From assembly GCA_003971905.1 (NCBI GenBank), contig RSEE01000111.1, positions 124,001 through 188,000 of the forward strand: a stretch of DNA of 64,000 nucleotides, written 5' to 3'. Source of the DNA: Moniliella sp. 'wahieum' (Eukaryota). The notes beneath the pieces are model-generated. The model was not told where the DNA came from. It searched no databases and saw only the letters and a list, made by a program, of their open reading frames with translations. This document shows, piece after piece, positions 1 to 12,633 of this stretch. The position numbers and the translations under genes were made by a program. The first letter of the stretch is position 1, and every line of letters begins with the position of its first letter.

Positions 1-3000
1 ATTCTATGGCCTGAGGTCTGAGGCTTAGACCTGAGGGTGAAACACTGCGGCTGATCCGCGGAGACGATCGTATGATGGGGCGCACGGTCCTGCCCGCGTG
101 GTCTGTGCGTGTCTGTACTCAAAAGTATTGAACCACCAAAGGGATTCTTGATGAAGACATCTCGAGCACGATGGTCGATAGGCAAAGTGTCGTGTTTCGA
201 CCATCGATCATTTGTGGTATGAATACGATGAGAACCCACGAAACATATGCTCTGCGGGACATCCAGCCGAGAGAGGGCTACGAGGCCTCCGGCGATCTGA
301 CGCGGACACAGGATCTGAGATCTGAGATTCTGAGGTCTGAAATCGAGAGGGGGAGAAACTTTTGGAGGATCTCTTACCGATGTTCCGATCCTGGGCGCAT
401 CACATGCTCACATGACTTGCACGAGAGTGTTTGCATGAGCATGAGCAGGACTAAGTACTAATGGGCGACGTATGGCGTGGCATACGCATCAACAACGCCA
501 CAACCTAATGGAGGTAAATGGGCTTGTCTTATCTGCCCGCATCATCATCGTCATATCAGGACACCTAAGTTGGTGATCGGCCGGTCCGGTGATCGATCTT
601 CCCGACGGAGCACCGGGGACCCAGCCATGCCTGCCGCGGTTCGATGGCGGTATTGAACTTGAAGCTTGAAGCTTGAAGCTTGACCGGCTGGGAGCACAGA
701 GGTATTATACTGAGGCCCGAGGTCAGCCAGGTCAGTCTCAGTGCCCGACCGTAGTAGTGGTAGGCGGAGCATCGACCTGGCACATGTCACGTACATCACA
801 CAAGGGACAGTACAGTTGGGCATTGCGGCCGATGATGGTTCGGGGGAGAGCAACGGTTACCGGTTTTGATTATCGCGTTACGTGTTACGACTGAATTATT
901 GCATGGCGAACGAACGGAAAGCTTAAAGAGATCGTTGTCATTTAATCCACCCCCGGGCGTTTGCGATCGAGGTCCGAGAGCCCGACGCCCTGCCGTCAAG
1001 CTATGCTCTCTACGAAGAACCAACACGCTGGAGTGCTTGGTGCTTGACAAGAGGCTTGACACACACTTGACAGTTGCGAGGAAGCTTGAAAGCAAACCCA
1101 TAACGCGTAACGCTAGCAACACATACGCTCAGCGCGCTCAACGTCTTGTAACGTAACGAAAGAGAGGCTATACCGCTAAAAGGTATCTAAGACGAGGCTA
1201 TTCTCAACGCTCAGCGCGCTCAGCCCCGCTCAGCCTGAGCGCTCTCATCGACAGGACCACACTTGAGTCGGTGTTGCATATGTAGCTCATCGAGAGTAGA
1301 AGCAGAGGCAAGCAATAGTCAGGCCGACCTTCATTCCGAGAGCCTCTTACTTCTCGATCACGTCTCAATGACAGCCACGCGCCACGAGCGCGTCAGCACG
1401 ACCGGAACCCTTGGGGTGCCTATACCTACATCCACCGGCCACATTAGGCCGTAAGGATGACTCCGACGACTCGGCCGGATTGAAGCTTGAAGAGATGGTG
1501 AGATGGTATCATTCACAACTCAGACTGAGTTCAGTATACTGAGTCGGTAAGGCCTAAGGAACAATGGCGCTTATGCATGTTATGCGCTTATGCGCTTACA
1601 CCCGGTCAGCCAAGGGCTATGTATACCCGAAAAGTGCTCTAGGCGATACGGCTCTCCTCGGCGCTGCGTACGATCCAAGCGGCTCGAAGCGACGCAGGTG
1701 GCAGCACGGCGCCCTCGGGCCCAGCTGGTCCGTCCCAACGTGCTTGGCGCGTAGCGTGTGCCAGCCGATCGCCACGCCCGCTCGAGTCGGCCAAGTTGAT
1801 GCCTGGGATGGCCTGAGGCTCAGGGCCAAACGTCTGATGTCTGATTGGTCAACGGGCCAGCGTGGGGCGTGGGGGCCAATCATTAAATTCATCACGCGCG
1901 CGTCGGCGCGCCACCATGCACCATGCCACCTCGCGGACGCAAGACGGGGCTGCTGCGCTGGCCACGGTCGAGGTTCGACAGTGGTGCGTCACGTGTCACG
2001 CATCCCACGCCACTAGCCACTAGAGCCACTAGTCACCAGTCACGCGTCACTCGGCCGCGTTTGACGTTTTGGGCGGTGGAGGGTGCCAGAGCAGGAGGAA
2101 CGGGGGATGATCGAGCGATGATCGAGGGTGGCATAGCACCAGTCGGAGAGGGTCGAGGGGCGGGGAAGGCACAGGACCAGTGGTGTGGTCAGGTCATGCA
2201 TCATGCATCAGTACTCCGTCATCGATGGTTACCGGTCAGTCCCCAGTGCTCGATCGTCTGGCCATCGGCTGGGATGCCCAGTCGCACGCGGCAGGTGTGG
2301 GTATGTGCCTGCCAGCACCTGTGCGGCGCCATGCGCCCCACGACTCAGTACTCACCCACTCCGACCTGCATCATGCATCGTCACGCATCACCCTACGCCA
2401 CTCAGTACTCAGTGACTAGTGATGCATGATTTAGATGGTCGATGGGCTGCAGCAGGGCAAGCCACTGGCCACCGCCCTGGTTGGGCCGAGGGCAGCCCAC
2501 CTCCGCACCCGCCTCGATCTGAGCTTGCTTCCTGCTGCTGGATCTGGTCATTGCGTCCCTGCCCCCTCCTCGCCGCCGTCCATCCACACGACATGGATGG
2601 GGTGTTCAAGTATAGCAAGCAGTGCAAGCATGTGGGGGAGGGGGCGGGGAGGCGGCGGCCATACTGACTATGTTTCCAAGCTGCAACCAGCACGACGCAT
2701 GTCATCCGCCATGCATCATGTTGGCCGAGTGCCTACTGCGCACAGCGTTGAGCTGAACTTCAACTTCATTGTCGAACGGGGCAGGTTCAACGTGTGCACC
2801 GTTCAGTAGTCCAGTTAGGGTGGGTCCAGGAGGTTCATTCAGTACGTTCCGCACTACGGTCCGTGTTCGTTCAGTCCAAGGCGACCCTTGGGCAGGGTGG
2901 AGAGGTGCTATAGCCGGGTTGCTGGGGCAGAGTGGCCACCAGGCCGGCTGGGCTTATAGAGCGCTTAGAGGCGTAGTGGGCGCCCTAAGGCCGAAGGCCT

Positions 3001-3143
3001 AATACCGCTGTCGCTGGCACGTACCGTTTAGACCCGAGGGACCTGGGCTACTGACCAAGTATGCTCGGTAGATGCCTCAGGTGCAGCACCCAACGTACGC
3101 AGCGGCATCCAGCGCGCTCAGGCTGAGCTCAGCGGACGCCGGC

Positions 3144-3382
3144 TGTTGACTGTGATCCTCTGGCTCCCAGTCGGTAGACCAGGTTCGCCTCGGTTCCATC
3201 GGCTTCCACGCTGACGTCCCTGCGTGTCACTGTCCCTGTGCCCTGCACTCTCTCCTGTGTGACTCACTGTCCCTGTGCCTAGTCCAGCCTCCTATATAGA
3301 TGCCTCTGTACCCAACCCAACTCTGGCTCCAATCCATCACCTTCTCCTCATCCTTCTGCCCGTCCGGCTCCCTAGGCCAACA
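3144..3382 (+). repeat. 5' LTR
   Basis: TGTTG..CAACA termini and an internal TATA-like CCTATATAGA; differs from the 3' copy only by a few small indels. Confidence 0.9.
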
Positions 3383-3504
3383 GAGCTACAATCTGATCCC
3401 CCCGGAAGGGGAGCGCTCTTCAAGCAAGCCCACCCCCAAGCCTACAAGCCCAAGCTAAGCCGCCAAGCCCACAAGACACACCCGTCCTCCCGCCCAACAA
3501 CACC

Positions 3505-3583
3505 ACCGCCACAATCGGCGCCTTACCGCCACAATCGGCATACTACCGCCACAATCGGCATACTACCGCCACAATCGGCACAC
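3505..3583 (+). repeat. 20-bp tandem repeat (ACCGCCACAATCGGCATACT) x4 inside the retroelement leader
   Basis: Four copies visible with a 20-nt period. Confidence 0.9.
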
Positions 3584-4293
3584 TCGTCCCCCACAGATGG
3601 GGCAATGATTTTTAGGGACAACACACGACGGAACAAAACGTGTCGGGTATCGTCAACGAGACGAAATTCCTCCAACGACAAAACGGCGCAGGCGAATCGC
3701 AGAAAGGGGGTGGCTGCTCATCAAGTGCCCCACCCACGGCTACACGCCCCGGATTGCCAATTCATCCGGGGCACCTGGGGAAAGGATGGGGGGGGTGGTC
3801 ACCCAACTTCTTCCACTCCTCTTTTTCAAACAAAGAGAACCCAAACAGATCAAGACGGTTGACGCATAGCGCCCGTTCATTTCCCATGCCCAATGGACCC
3901 CACTGGCACCAGGCATGCGGAACCAAACAACTACCAAACGCATCCAATTTTGATGCCAAACGACCTTGGACCGCATTTACTCCAAGTTTCCAATTTCTTT
4001 CACTACACCTATAACTGGTGTTTTTACTTTTGCCCACCAAATCGCTTCGGGCGCAACCCTACTACTTTTACTTCTAAGACTTCTACAAGCATCTGGCGTC
4101 GCACAATACACCAACCACAAGCGCTCGGCTCGTTCAGGTGTCATCCTGGACAGCGGGGGTGTAGGCCAGTCGTGTGGCCATGCACAACTCCAGGCCATTC
4201 GTCCCGGTTGCCACTCAAGTCCTCCCCTCTCTACATCCACTGGCAGGAGCTCATCCCACAACCGATGTCTCCGGGTTCCCTGGCCAGCGGGGG

Positions 4294-4528
4294 TGTTGAC
4301 TGTGATCCTCTGGCTCCCAGTCGGTAGACCAGGTTCGCCTCGGTTCCATCGGCTTCCACGCTGACGTCCCTGCGTGTCACTGTCCCTGTGCCCTGCACTC
4401 TCTCCTGTGTGACTCACGTCCCTGTGCCTAGTCCAGCCTCCTATATAGATGCCTCTGTACCCAGACCCAACTCTGGCTCCAATCCATCACCTTCTCCTCA
4501 TCTGCCCGTCCGGCTCCCTAGGCCAACA
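4294..4528 (+). repeat. 3' LTR
   Basis: Direct repeat of 3144-3382, preceded by a PPT-like G run. Confidence 0.9.
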
Positions 4529-5889
4529 CGGCTGAACTTTATCACGATCAGACGTTCGGATCCAGACAGGGCACTGCTAGCTACTATCGCATCGTGATGA
4601 GCACACTGCGGACTGCGCCTGAGGCGGGAGCGGAGTGCTGAGGCGCTGAGGTAGTAGGCTGAGGCGCTGAGCGCTAGGCTAAGACAGACTGAGGCTGCTG
4701 AGGCGCTGAGGCAGTTGACGCCTCGGCTGCTCAGGCTGCGCGCTGATGCCCTGATGGTACTGAGTACTGAGACTCAGGTACTGGTGCACTGGTGGGGGGC
4801 GGGTGCGCGCCATGCCTGATGGGGCAATGTGCCGACCTGGTCAGATGGGGATCGAGGATCGATGAGCGTAGTGAGCAACTATGGAGGGTTGGTGGGTGCT
4901 CGATGGTCGAGGGCGCTGGGATGTCACACATGGGCCATCAGTGCATCAGCATGCGCATCACCCGCTGCGGCCATCGCCGCGAATCCTTCAGCGCATCACC
5001 AAACACAAATCACGAATGATTCATCACCAATCACCAATCACCAAGCCTGAATCACCAATCGAGCCGGTTGGGCTGGTTGGGCCCCACGGGCGGGCGGCTG
5101 CTGCCCCCCCACTCAGCACCAGCGCTGTGCTGGGCCAGGCTGCCTACGGCCGTCGCTCGCCTCCTATATCTAACCCCCGCCGATCCACGCCCCCCCCGGC
5201 CGCTGCGATCAGACGATCCGCTCCTGCCTTTGTCCCTCCACCGTCGATGGCCCGCTGAGCGCTGCGTCTGCCCTCCTCTGCGCTCCGCTCTGCTCGTCTC
5301 CTTTCGGCCGCATCCGTCTGCTCTGTCGTCTTCTGTCGGCCGCATCTCCGCCTCCTCCCGTCCTCTCTCTCCCTCGCTCGGCCAGCATCGTCATCGCCCC
5401 CACCATCCGTGCCGTGCGTCCCACTCTATAAACAGCCCTCGCCATTCCCATCCCTTCCGTCCCAGACGCTGCCCCTCTTCCGCAGCCGCTCTGGATCTGC
5501 CCTCCCCCCGCGACCTGCTGCTTGCCTGCCTTCCTTCAGCTGTGCTCGCCCCTCGCCCATCCCACTCCCAGCAACAGCCACCCCCACCGCCATCAGAGCT
5601 GCGTGCCCACCACCTCACCACCGTCGGCACCCTTTCCCCTGCTCTGCCCCCCCCACCCGTCCTCAGCGCCACCACTGCTCCCTCCCTTGGTCTAGGCGCT
5701 TACACTCGACAGCCCTCCTTGCCCCACCCAATCCCACCCACTCCTACTCCGTCTCTCCCCGCCCCTATCTGTACGTCCGTCGCCCCATCCTCCATCGCGC
5801 ACCACCCCCCCCACCTGTCTCTCTCCAGCCTCCTCTCCTCCTCCCCCGCCCCACAACTAACTCACCCCCCCTTTGATTTCCAGGCTACC

Positions 5890-8397
5890 ATGGGCGGCAA
5901 GACACAACTTCACAACGACCTTATCGGTAAGCGCATTGCCGGTGGCCGACTCGAGTTGGTCTCCATCCTAGGCCTTGGCGCCTACGGCGTGGTCTACCTT
6001 GCGCGGGACCTGCACCACCCGCTCCACTCGCCCAGCAGCCGTGGGAAGCACGAGCAGCGGGCAAGGCCGTGGACCGAATGGCGACGCTAGTGTCACGGGC
6101 TTGTATGCTGTCAAGTGCCTTCACCGTGCGGGGCTCGATGCACGACAGCAGTTGTTCCAAGAACGCGAGATTGCCCTGCACAGCATGGCTGGTGCCCACC
6201 CGGGCGTCGTGACGCTCTACCAAGTCCTGCAGGACTCGACTTGCATTTACGTTGTCGGACTATTGTCCGGACGGGGACCTGTTTGCGATGATCACCGAGA
6301 CCCAGCGCTACGCCGTGCCAAGTCGTCTGGACCCGTCGGCCGACGCGAACCATATCATGTCGCGCTACGTGGTGGAAGACGAAGAACACTGGTGTGCACG
6401 CGCAGCGATGGACCGAACCATCAAAGATGTTTTTCTTCAAATTGTCGATGCCGTGCATGCTGTCATCAGCGGGCATTTACCACCGCGACCTCAAGCCGAG
6501 AACATTCTCTGCTTGGACGGAGGCGCGCGTGTGGTGCTGTCCGACTTTGGCCTGGCCACGCCCGATACGGAAAGTGGTGACTTGGTTGCGGATCCACCTT
6601 CTACATGGGGCCCGAGTGCCAAGGCGGCATCATGTCCCGTCCGCTCACGTACAACACAGCAGCGAACGATGTGTGGAGCCTAGGTGTGATTCTGGTCAAC
6701 TTGGTCTGCGGTCGTAACCCTTGGAAACAAGCATCGGCCACCGACGAGACGTTCCGCGAGTACCTGCGCAACCCCAACTTTCTAGCTGACATTTTGCCAT
6801 CTCGGACGAGCTCAACTCGATTCTCAAGCGCATCTTTTCTCCCTTTCCTGAAAAGCGCTGTCACCTACCCGACTTGGCCAGCATGATCAGCGAGTGCGAC
6901 CAGTTGACCGCTACCAATGCCGATGCGGCGGAGACAGGAGGCACGGCGCGTGTCGCATGCCCAAGCGCAAGCTGCTGCCGCAGCACGGGCGGCGCGCGAT
7001 GCGGCTGCCGCATCGGCCCGTGCCGCATCGGCCCGTGCCGCGCGGGATGCAGCAGTAGCCGTCGAAGCTAACAAGAGTTTGCTCTTGCCCCCTACGGACG
7101 TGGCTACGTTACGTCCGCTCCAACAAGCCTTCACGGCTCGTGCGCCGCGGACTGTTGGCTACGCCACGGACACTGCGTCTTACCATACGCCTCTCCGTCT
7201 GCGTTCCCTTCTGCCTCTCGGTCTCCTTCTCCCTCTGCCTCCTCCTCCCCGCGTCGACCCAGCATCAAACACTACAAGGCGCGGTCGCTCGGCCACGCGT
7301 CCAAGCCCGACGGACTGCATCGGCTGTTTGCTGGCAACAGCCGTTGCCGCCCTTGCTCCCTGGGCACAAGGGCCATGCACGCCACTCTTCTCTCACACGC
7401 CGGCAGGAACCTTACGTCCCCCCCCACGGAACTTGGGATGCCCTTCTGCCCTTCACCCATCGACACGGACACGTACCGTTCCTCCCCTCGCTCGGCCCCA
7501 ACTAACTTGCCCAAGTTGTCCATTGCAAGGAGGAAAGTGGGCAAAGTACCGTCCGTACCTACCGTGACAACTGTCACTCCGAGCCTTGCCCACCCCACTC
7601 CCACCCCGTATCGCCCATCAGCTTACCGCCACGCCGAGCGCAAACCAGCCCACCCACCGGACCCAACTTCCCTGTCCAGCACCAGGCGGCGTGTCCACCA
7701 GCTCATCCTCCGTCGTCCCGCACCTGCTGCCCACCTACCCCGCGCGCACCGACCGGAACAGGCCCCAGCACCCGCGTTCGTCCCCCCGGGCACATGCGCT
7801 TCGGGGTCGGCACATCGGGCTCGGTGCGCGGTGCCGCCTGGGCCTCCGGCTAGACGAGCGTCCGGCATGGCGGCTCTAACGCGCATGGTGCAACAAGGTA
7901 AAAATGCCGTGCCGTCGCTCCTTGCGCTCAACCCGTTCCCGCAACGTGCGCGTGCCTCACTGCGTACCGGCATGCGGGACGTGTCTGCCGCAAGTGCAAG
8001 TGCAAACTGCAGCTCTGCTCCTGCTACAGCTGTGTGCGTGGTGCCCCATGCCGATGCCAATGTCCATGCAAATGTCCATGCGCATGCGTGTGGCTCGGAC
8101 GGACCGGGGGAGCAGGACGAGGTCCTGGTGCCACCTAGGTTAGCTGGGTCGTACGCTGCGAGTTCAGCGTCGGAGATTAGCACGGACGAAGAAGACTGTT
8201 GGTCGCCACGGTTGCTATCGCCGACGTATGCCACTCCGCCCGTGCCTACCGAGGGGATGGAGGGTACTGAGCGTGTCGAGGCCGAGGACGAGGCTGAGGG
8301 AATGGGACTAGGGTTGGGGTTGGATTGGGCTGGGAAAGCCCCACCCGTTCCCTCGGTCGCCGTACATCACGACTACGACTACCCCCTCGGCGTTTGA
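5890..8397 (+). CDS. Ran1/Pat1-like (Sks1/Vhs1 family) Ser/Thr protein kinase with long low-complexity C-terminus; frameshifted in the assembly
   Basis: LGLGAYGVVYLA, YAVKCL..REIALH, IYHRDLKP, LSDFGLAT, MGPECQGG and DVWSLGVILVNLVCGRNPWKQA found across frames. The C-terminal end is uncertain. Confidence 0.85.
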
Positions 8398-11300
8398 GCG
8401 CTACGCCCCGGACGTCGTGCTCGATCCTGAACGCGCGTTTTAGGTTTCGTCCGTCCGCGTCGGCGTCTGCGTACGACCACGATTGGATTGCTCTGCACTG
8501 CGCTGCGCTGCGTCGGGCCACGCTTGCCACGCTTTGCTGGGTGTGGATGGTAGTAGTGATGGCCGCTTTACCTGCCCAGCTACTACTACTACTCGTAGCT
8601 GGGGCACATGCAAATGCTCATCATATGCACGTGATGCGTTTTGTTTTATTCGCCGTTGATGTTTTATTGATTGTTTTACGCCATGAAGCCTTGAAAGACA
8701 TGCCCTCTCTCTCTTCTGCTTCTGCTTCTGCTTTGGCTGTGCTTCTGCTTCTGCTTTTCTCTCTTCCTTTTGTTCGAATTCCTGCCGGGCGCTGCTCGCC
8801 CCCCGCCTTCTTTGTCAATGTCCCTTGCCCCGCGTTTTCTCCGTTCTTACGCGTAGGAAAGCGGGGTGAGGAGTGGGGGTCGTGGCTTGCCCCGGCGGCC
8901 TCTTGTGTACATTACCCCTTGGCCATTCAGTTGCGCTCTACTGCCAGTGACAACTCGAGTGTCCTGTGTCCTGTGTCCTGTGTCTGTGTCCTGTGTCCTG
9001 TTGCTGATGTTTAGGCCCTTAGGATGCTGTACTTATCCTTATCAATGGCTGTACAAATCCCACTCTCGTACCGCACGTTTGTCCGCAGTACTACTAAGGT
9101 TTTTAGCTGAAGTCTGGAAGCTGGAACCTTGATCGATCATCTTCCTTCGAGTCGTTGGCTTGCCTCGCGGCACGCTTACTAAGTATCCGTCGGAGTGTCT
9201 TGGTAGTCTTCGTACAACCTAGTCAACACGTAGACGAGTGCTGGAGTTTGAGTACGAGACGATATGTGGTCAGGGGAGGAGGGGGTACTCCGTCCTCACG
9301 TCTCTTCACGGTTCTACTCCCACTAAGGCACCAAGCTAATCCGTGCTGTGCACATGCCATACCACTCGGCGCCCTCGTGTTGGGGACTGGTATAGCGGAA
9401 CGCTTGATCCTGGATCCTGGATCTGTACAGTGAATATCGCCACCGAGCAACGAATAACCCTTCATCCTCCGCCGCCAGCCACCCGCTTACGGTGACTAGC
9501 TAGCTGGTCGGATGCATCCGTTGTTGGTGGGCGTGTACGTGTACGTGCTTGTGGGGGGAACCTCACCGCGCTCACCGGCACCGCTACCGGCACCAGCACC
9601 AGGCCTTAGGCTCGTCAACAAATGGATACATAGGTTTCGCCATGCTAGTACTGAGCACCTCAGACTCAGTCAGATCTGAGATCTCATCCGCACCAAGTAT
9701 ACCTGCGCCATCCCACTGGGTATATTGACATACGACATGAGCATGGGCATGAGTGGCATGGGCCGCCAGAGGACGCTCGTCTACCTCCTACCTGGTCCTG
9801 CCTGCGTCTACTACGGCCACGTGGGCGCGCGCAAACAGGTCGCTAGTATACTTTTCAGCGCGTTGCCTCGTCCATCAGGGCTCGTTGACTCGATCTTCAT
9901 TCATTTTTATCGTTGGGCTCGCCGCGCGGGGGCCTTGTTCTGGCCTTTTGCTGTGGCACTATAGCAAGTTGACCTTAGGCTTGATGGCCTGTGTTCCATG
10001 GTACTTGGTACTGGGCGCCGCGCGGCGCCGGGGGCAGCCGGGGGGCAGCCAGCCGAGCGGCCCAATCGTACGATCGGGACTGGGGGTCTGGCAGGATTAT
10101 ATGGGGGGATCTTCGTGGCAGGAAGTGCGAGGCTGTGGGAGGACGTGGGAGGATCTTGATTTGCATGCCACAGTAGGTTGGCAGCGGCGTCCCCCCCCCC
10201 ATCACATTTTTGCTCTCTCCCCCGGCCCCACCGCGCCCCACCACAAATAACTCCCACAAGCCCTCAGTGCAACGTGCGCTGTCAGCTTCAAGATTCACAT
10301 GGACCGAAATCCGATTCCATGGGACCGTTTCAACGTGTAACAACACCACTACTATTACTACTAGAGTACTGCTATTAGTGCCTTCGCATGTTCTACGGCC
10401 TCAGTGTACCTACGGGGAGCCTCCCTCTCCGCATCGACATCGACCCATCTATCATGTAGTATACTTGCCCCCTGCCCGAGCATCGGTCGATCCCAGATCT
10501 GCCATCCGCTCGCAGAGCACCCTAGCGCACTCCGAACAGGGCCAGCTGTGCCCACACTACTACTAGAACACTGTCTGAACGGTGGGGCCCGGGGTGGGGT
10601 TACCGGTTACTACTAAGTAGTTGCCAGTTACTCGGGTACCAGCTCTCTCCTTTCCAGAGCGCTATCGCCTTATGACAGTAGCTCATCCTTCGATTCCATC
10701 CGCCAACTGAGCACGGAGCACGGAGCCACTGAGCACCGAGGCCGGGGTACCTGGCAACCCAATGCGACAACCTATAGTAGGGCAGTTGTTGGCTCGTGCC
10801 GGTTCGGTCCAGATGCACTGCACGCGTCCGTGCGCTTCCCTCTTCCCTCTTCTCCCTGCTCTTCCCTTTCCCCCGACGGGGCGCCGAGGCGGGCACGTCG
10901 GGCACCTGTTTCCCAGCTAGTTCGATCGGGAAGTGCAGCGCGCGGAGACGGGGGGAGAGGGGAGGCAGGGATGCGCCCCCTAGCTCCGGCATAACCAGCG
11001 GGAGAAAGAAAGAGACCAAAATGGGAGGTGGGAGGTGCCAAAGATCAAAGTGGCGTCCTGTCTATCGACAGATCTCAAGTCTGATCTCAGGCTTCAGGCT
11101 GCCTCAGCTCGGGCCGCCGCGCACCGATTGGACCCGGTGATGCGCGAAGCTACGACAGTTGTCCTACGACTTGACATGTCCTGGTTCCTGGCTTTTTCTT
11201 TGGGTGTTGGGAACTGTTGACTTGGGGTGAGGTCAACGGACCATGGTGCGCCCGCAGGCCGTCTGCCTCGCTGGGCGCCACCCACTGGCCACCAGGCGAG

Positions 11301-11632
11301 GCTGGGAGATACCCAGGGCAGAGGGAGGGGGGAAAGCGTTGAATGCATTGGCAAGTGCTCGTTGAGAGATAACGGTACAGAAAGGTACAGATGCGCAGGG
11401 TATGGAACGAGGGGGGCGTACAGTACGTGGGTTTTGCTGGTAGAAAAAGGGAAGCGGGGGGTGCAACGTGGAGGGGGGGACAAAGGGGGCAGGGGAAGAA
11501 GGTGATCTCCATAACTCTGTTGAAGCGGGAACAGCCCTGTTGAGACGGCTGGAGAAACACGGTGGGAGCCCCTGTGCCCGTGGAAAAGGGGTGGGGGGGG
11601 ATTAGCGGGTACGGGTGCGGCAAGTAAATGGA

Positions 11633-12413
11633 TTACTTGCTCACCGCGGTTGACGTGCCCTGGGCCAGGTCAGAAGGACCGGAGGCAGCAGCCTCGGCGG
11701 CCACAGCTTTCTCATTGGCCGCTTGCTCGTAGATGTGGGATGTGAATGGGCTGCGAGGCGCACAGGGGTTGGAGGTCCAGGTCAGCAAACGCAGTCTCGA
11801 TGCGCGGGAGCGCAGCAGGATAGAGGGAGAGAGAGGGGGATCAAACAGGACAAGACGTACGTTTCGAACCGCAGCGCAATCGTGTACACCACCGACCAGC
11901 ACAGTGAGCGCCAGACCGGCCGGCTTGGCGTGCCACAGCGCGGTGGCAGCAAAGCACAGGGTGGAGCCGACGTACATTGGGTCGGCACAGACGTTGAAGG
12001 GAAGCCAGTGACCATGGCGGGCATCAGAATCAAAAAGTAGTCGCCGAGGTAGGTGCCCGTCACGCCCAGCGCCCACATGGACGAGGCGACGAGGACCGAG
12101 CCAATGGCAAAGAGCGTCACGGCGGCGGCCTGGGCGGCTGGGTGGGCAAGGAGCGGCAGGGCCGGCTGGGCGGTGAGCGCGCGCTCGTACAGCGCGTCGC
12201 GGACGAGGCCCAGGACGAAGATGGTGGCGCCGAGGAGGTAGCAGCCGAGGTAGCGGCGGCCGCCGAGGAGGCGGGTGAGCGAGCGGCGGCGGTACTCGTT
12301 GCGGGCGACGATGTTCCAGAAGGTGGGGTTGAAGCAGATCGACGCCGCCGAGATGTAGAGCGACGGCTGGGCCAGGTCGATGTACGCGGCGCAAGCGTGG
12401 CGGCGGCGGACAT
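11633..12413 (-). CDS. OPI3: Phosphatidyl-N-methylethanolamine N-methyltransferase (PEMT family)
   Basis: FNPTFWNIVARNEY, SSMWALGVTGTYLGDYF, GFPFNV..PMYVGSTLCF and ALRFE-[intron]-PFT motifs; one intron near 11750-11860. Confidence 0.92.
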
Positions 12414-12633
12414 GGCGGGGGTGGGGGCAGGAGGAGGAGGAGGAGAGGAGGAGGAGGAAGAAGACGACAGCCCTGGAAGGAAGGAAGGCAGACGGTACGT
12501 AGGGCAGGCAGTGCGCTTACGTGACGGCGGCCCGTGCGGCGTGAAAGACGCGCGGGTGGTTAGCACTTAGTACTTACGGTTTTGGCTACCAACTACCCCG
12601 CGGCTACTGGCGGCTACCGACTACCATGCATTG

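Larger units (their letters stand above)
3144..4528 (+). mobile_element. Short non-autonomous or internally deleted Ty1/Copia-like LTR retroelement (TRIM-sized, about 1385 bp)
   Basis: Two near-identical ~237 bp direct repeats (3144-3382, 4294-4528), each TGTTG...CAACA. CGGC flanks both ends (3140-3143, 4529-4532). Purine-rich GCGGGGG precedes the 3' LTR. Degenerate internal peptides weakly resemble Copia integrase (GIVNET..QRQNGAGES) and the RT start (GPHWHQA). Confidence 0.85.

Noticed and set aside
856..1160. MITE with CGTTACG/CGTAACG inverted ends
   Set aside because: The inverted match is short and imperfect, there is no TSD, and the same word recurs at about 53380 as part of the palindromic stutter.
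3505..3583. CRISPR-like array
   Set aside because: Head-to-tail 20-mers without unique spacers, in a eukaryotic context with no cas genes.
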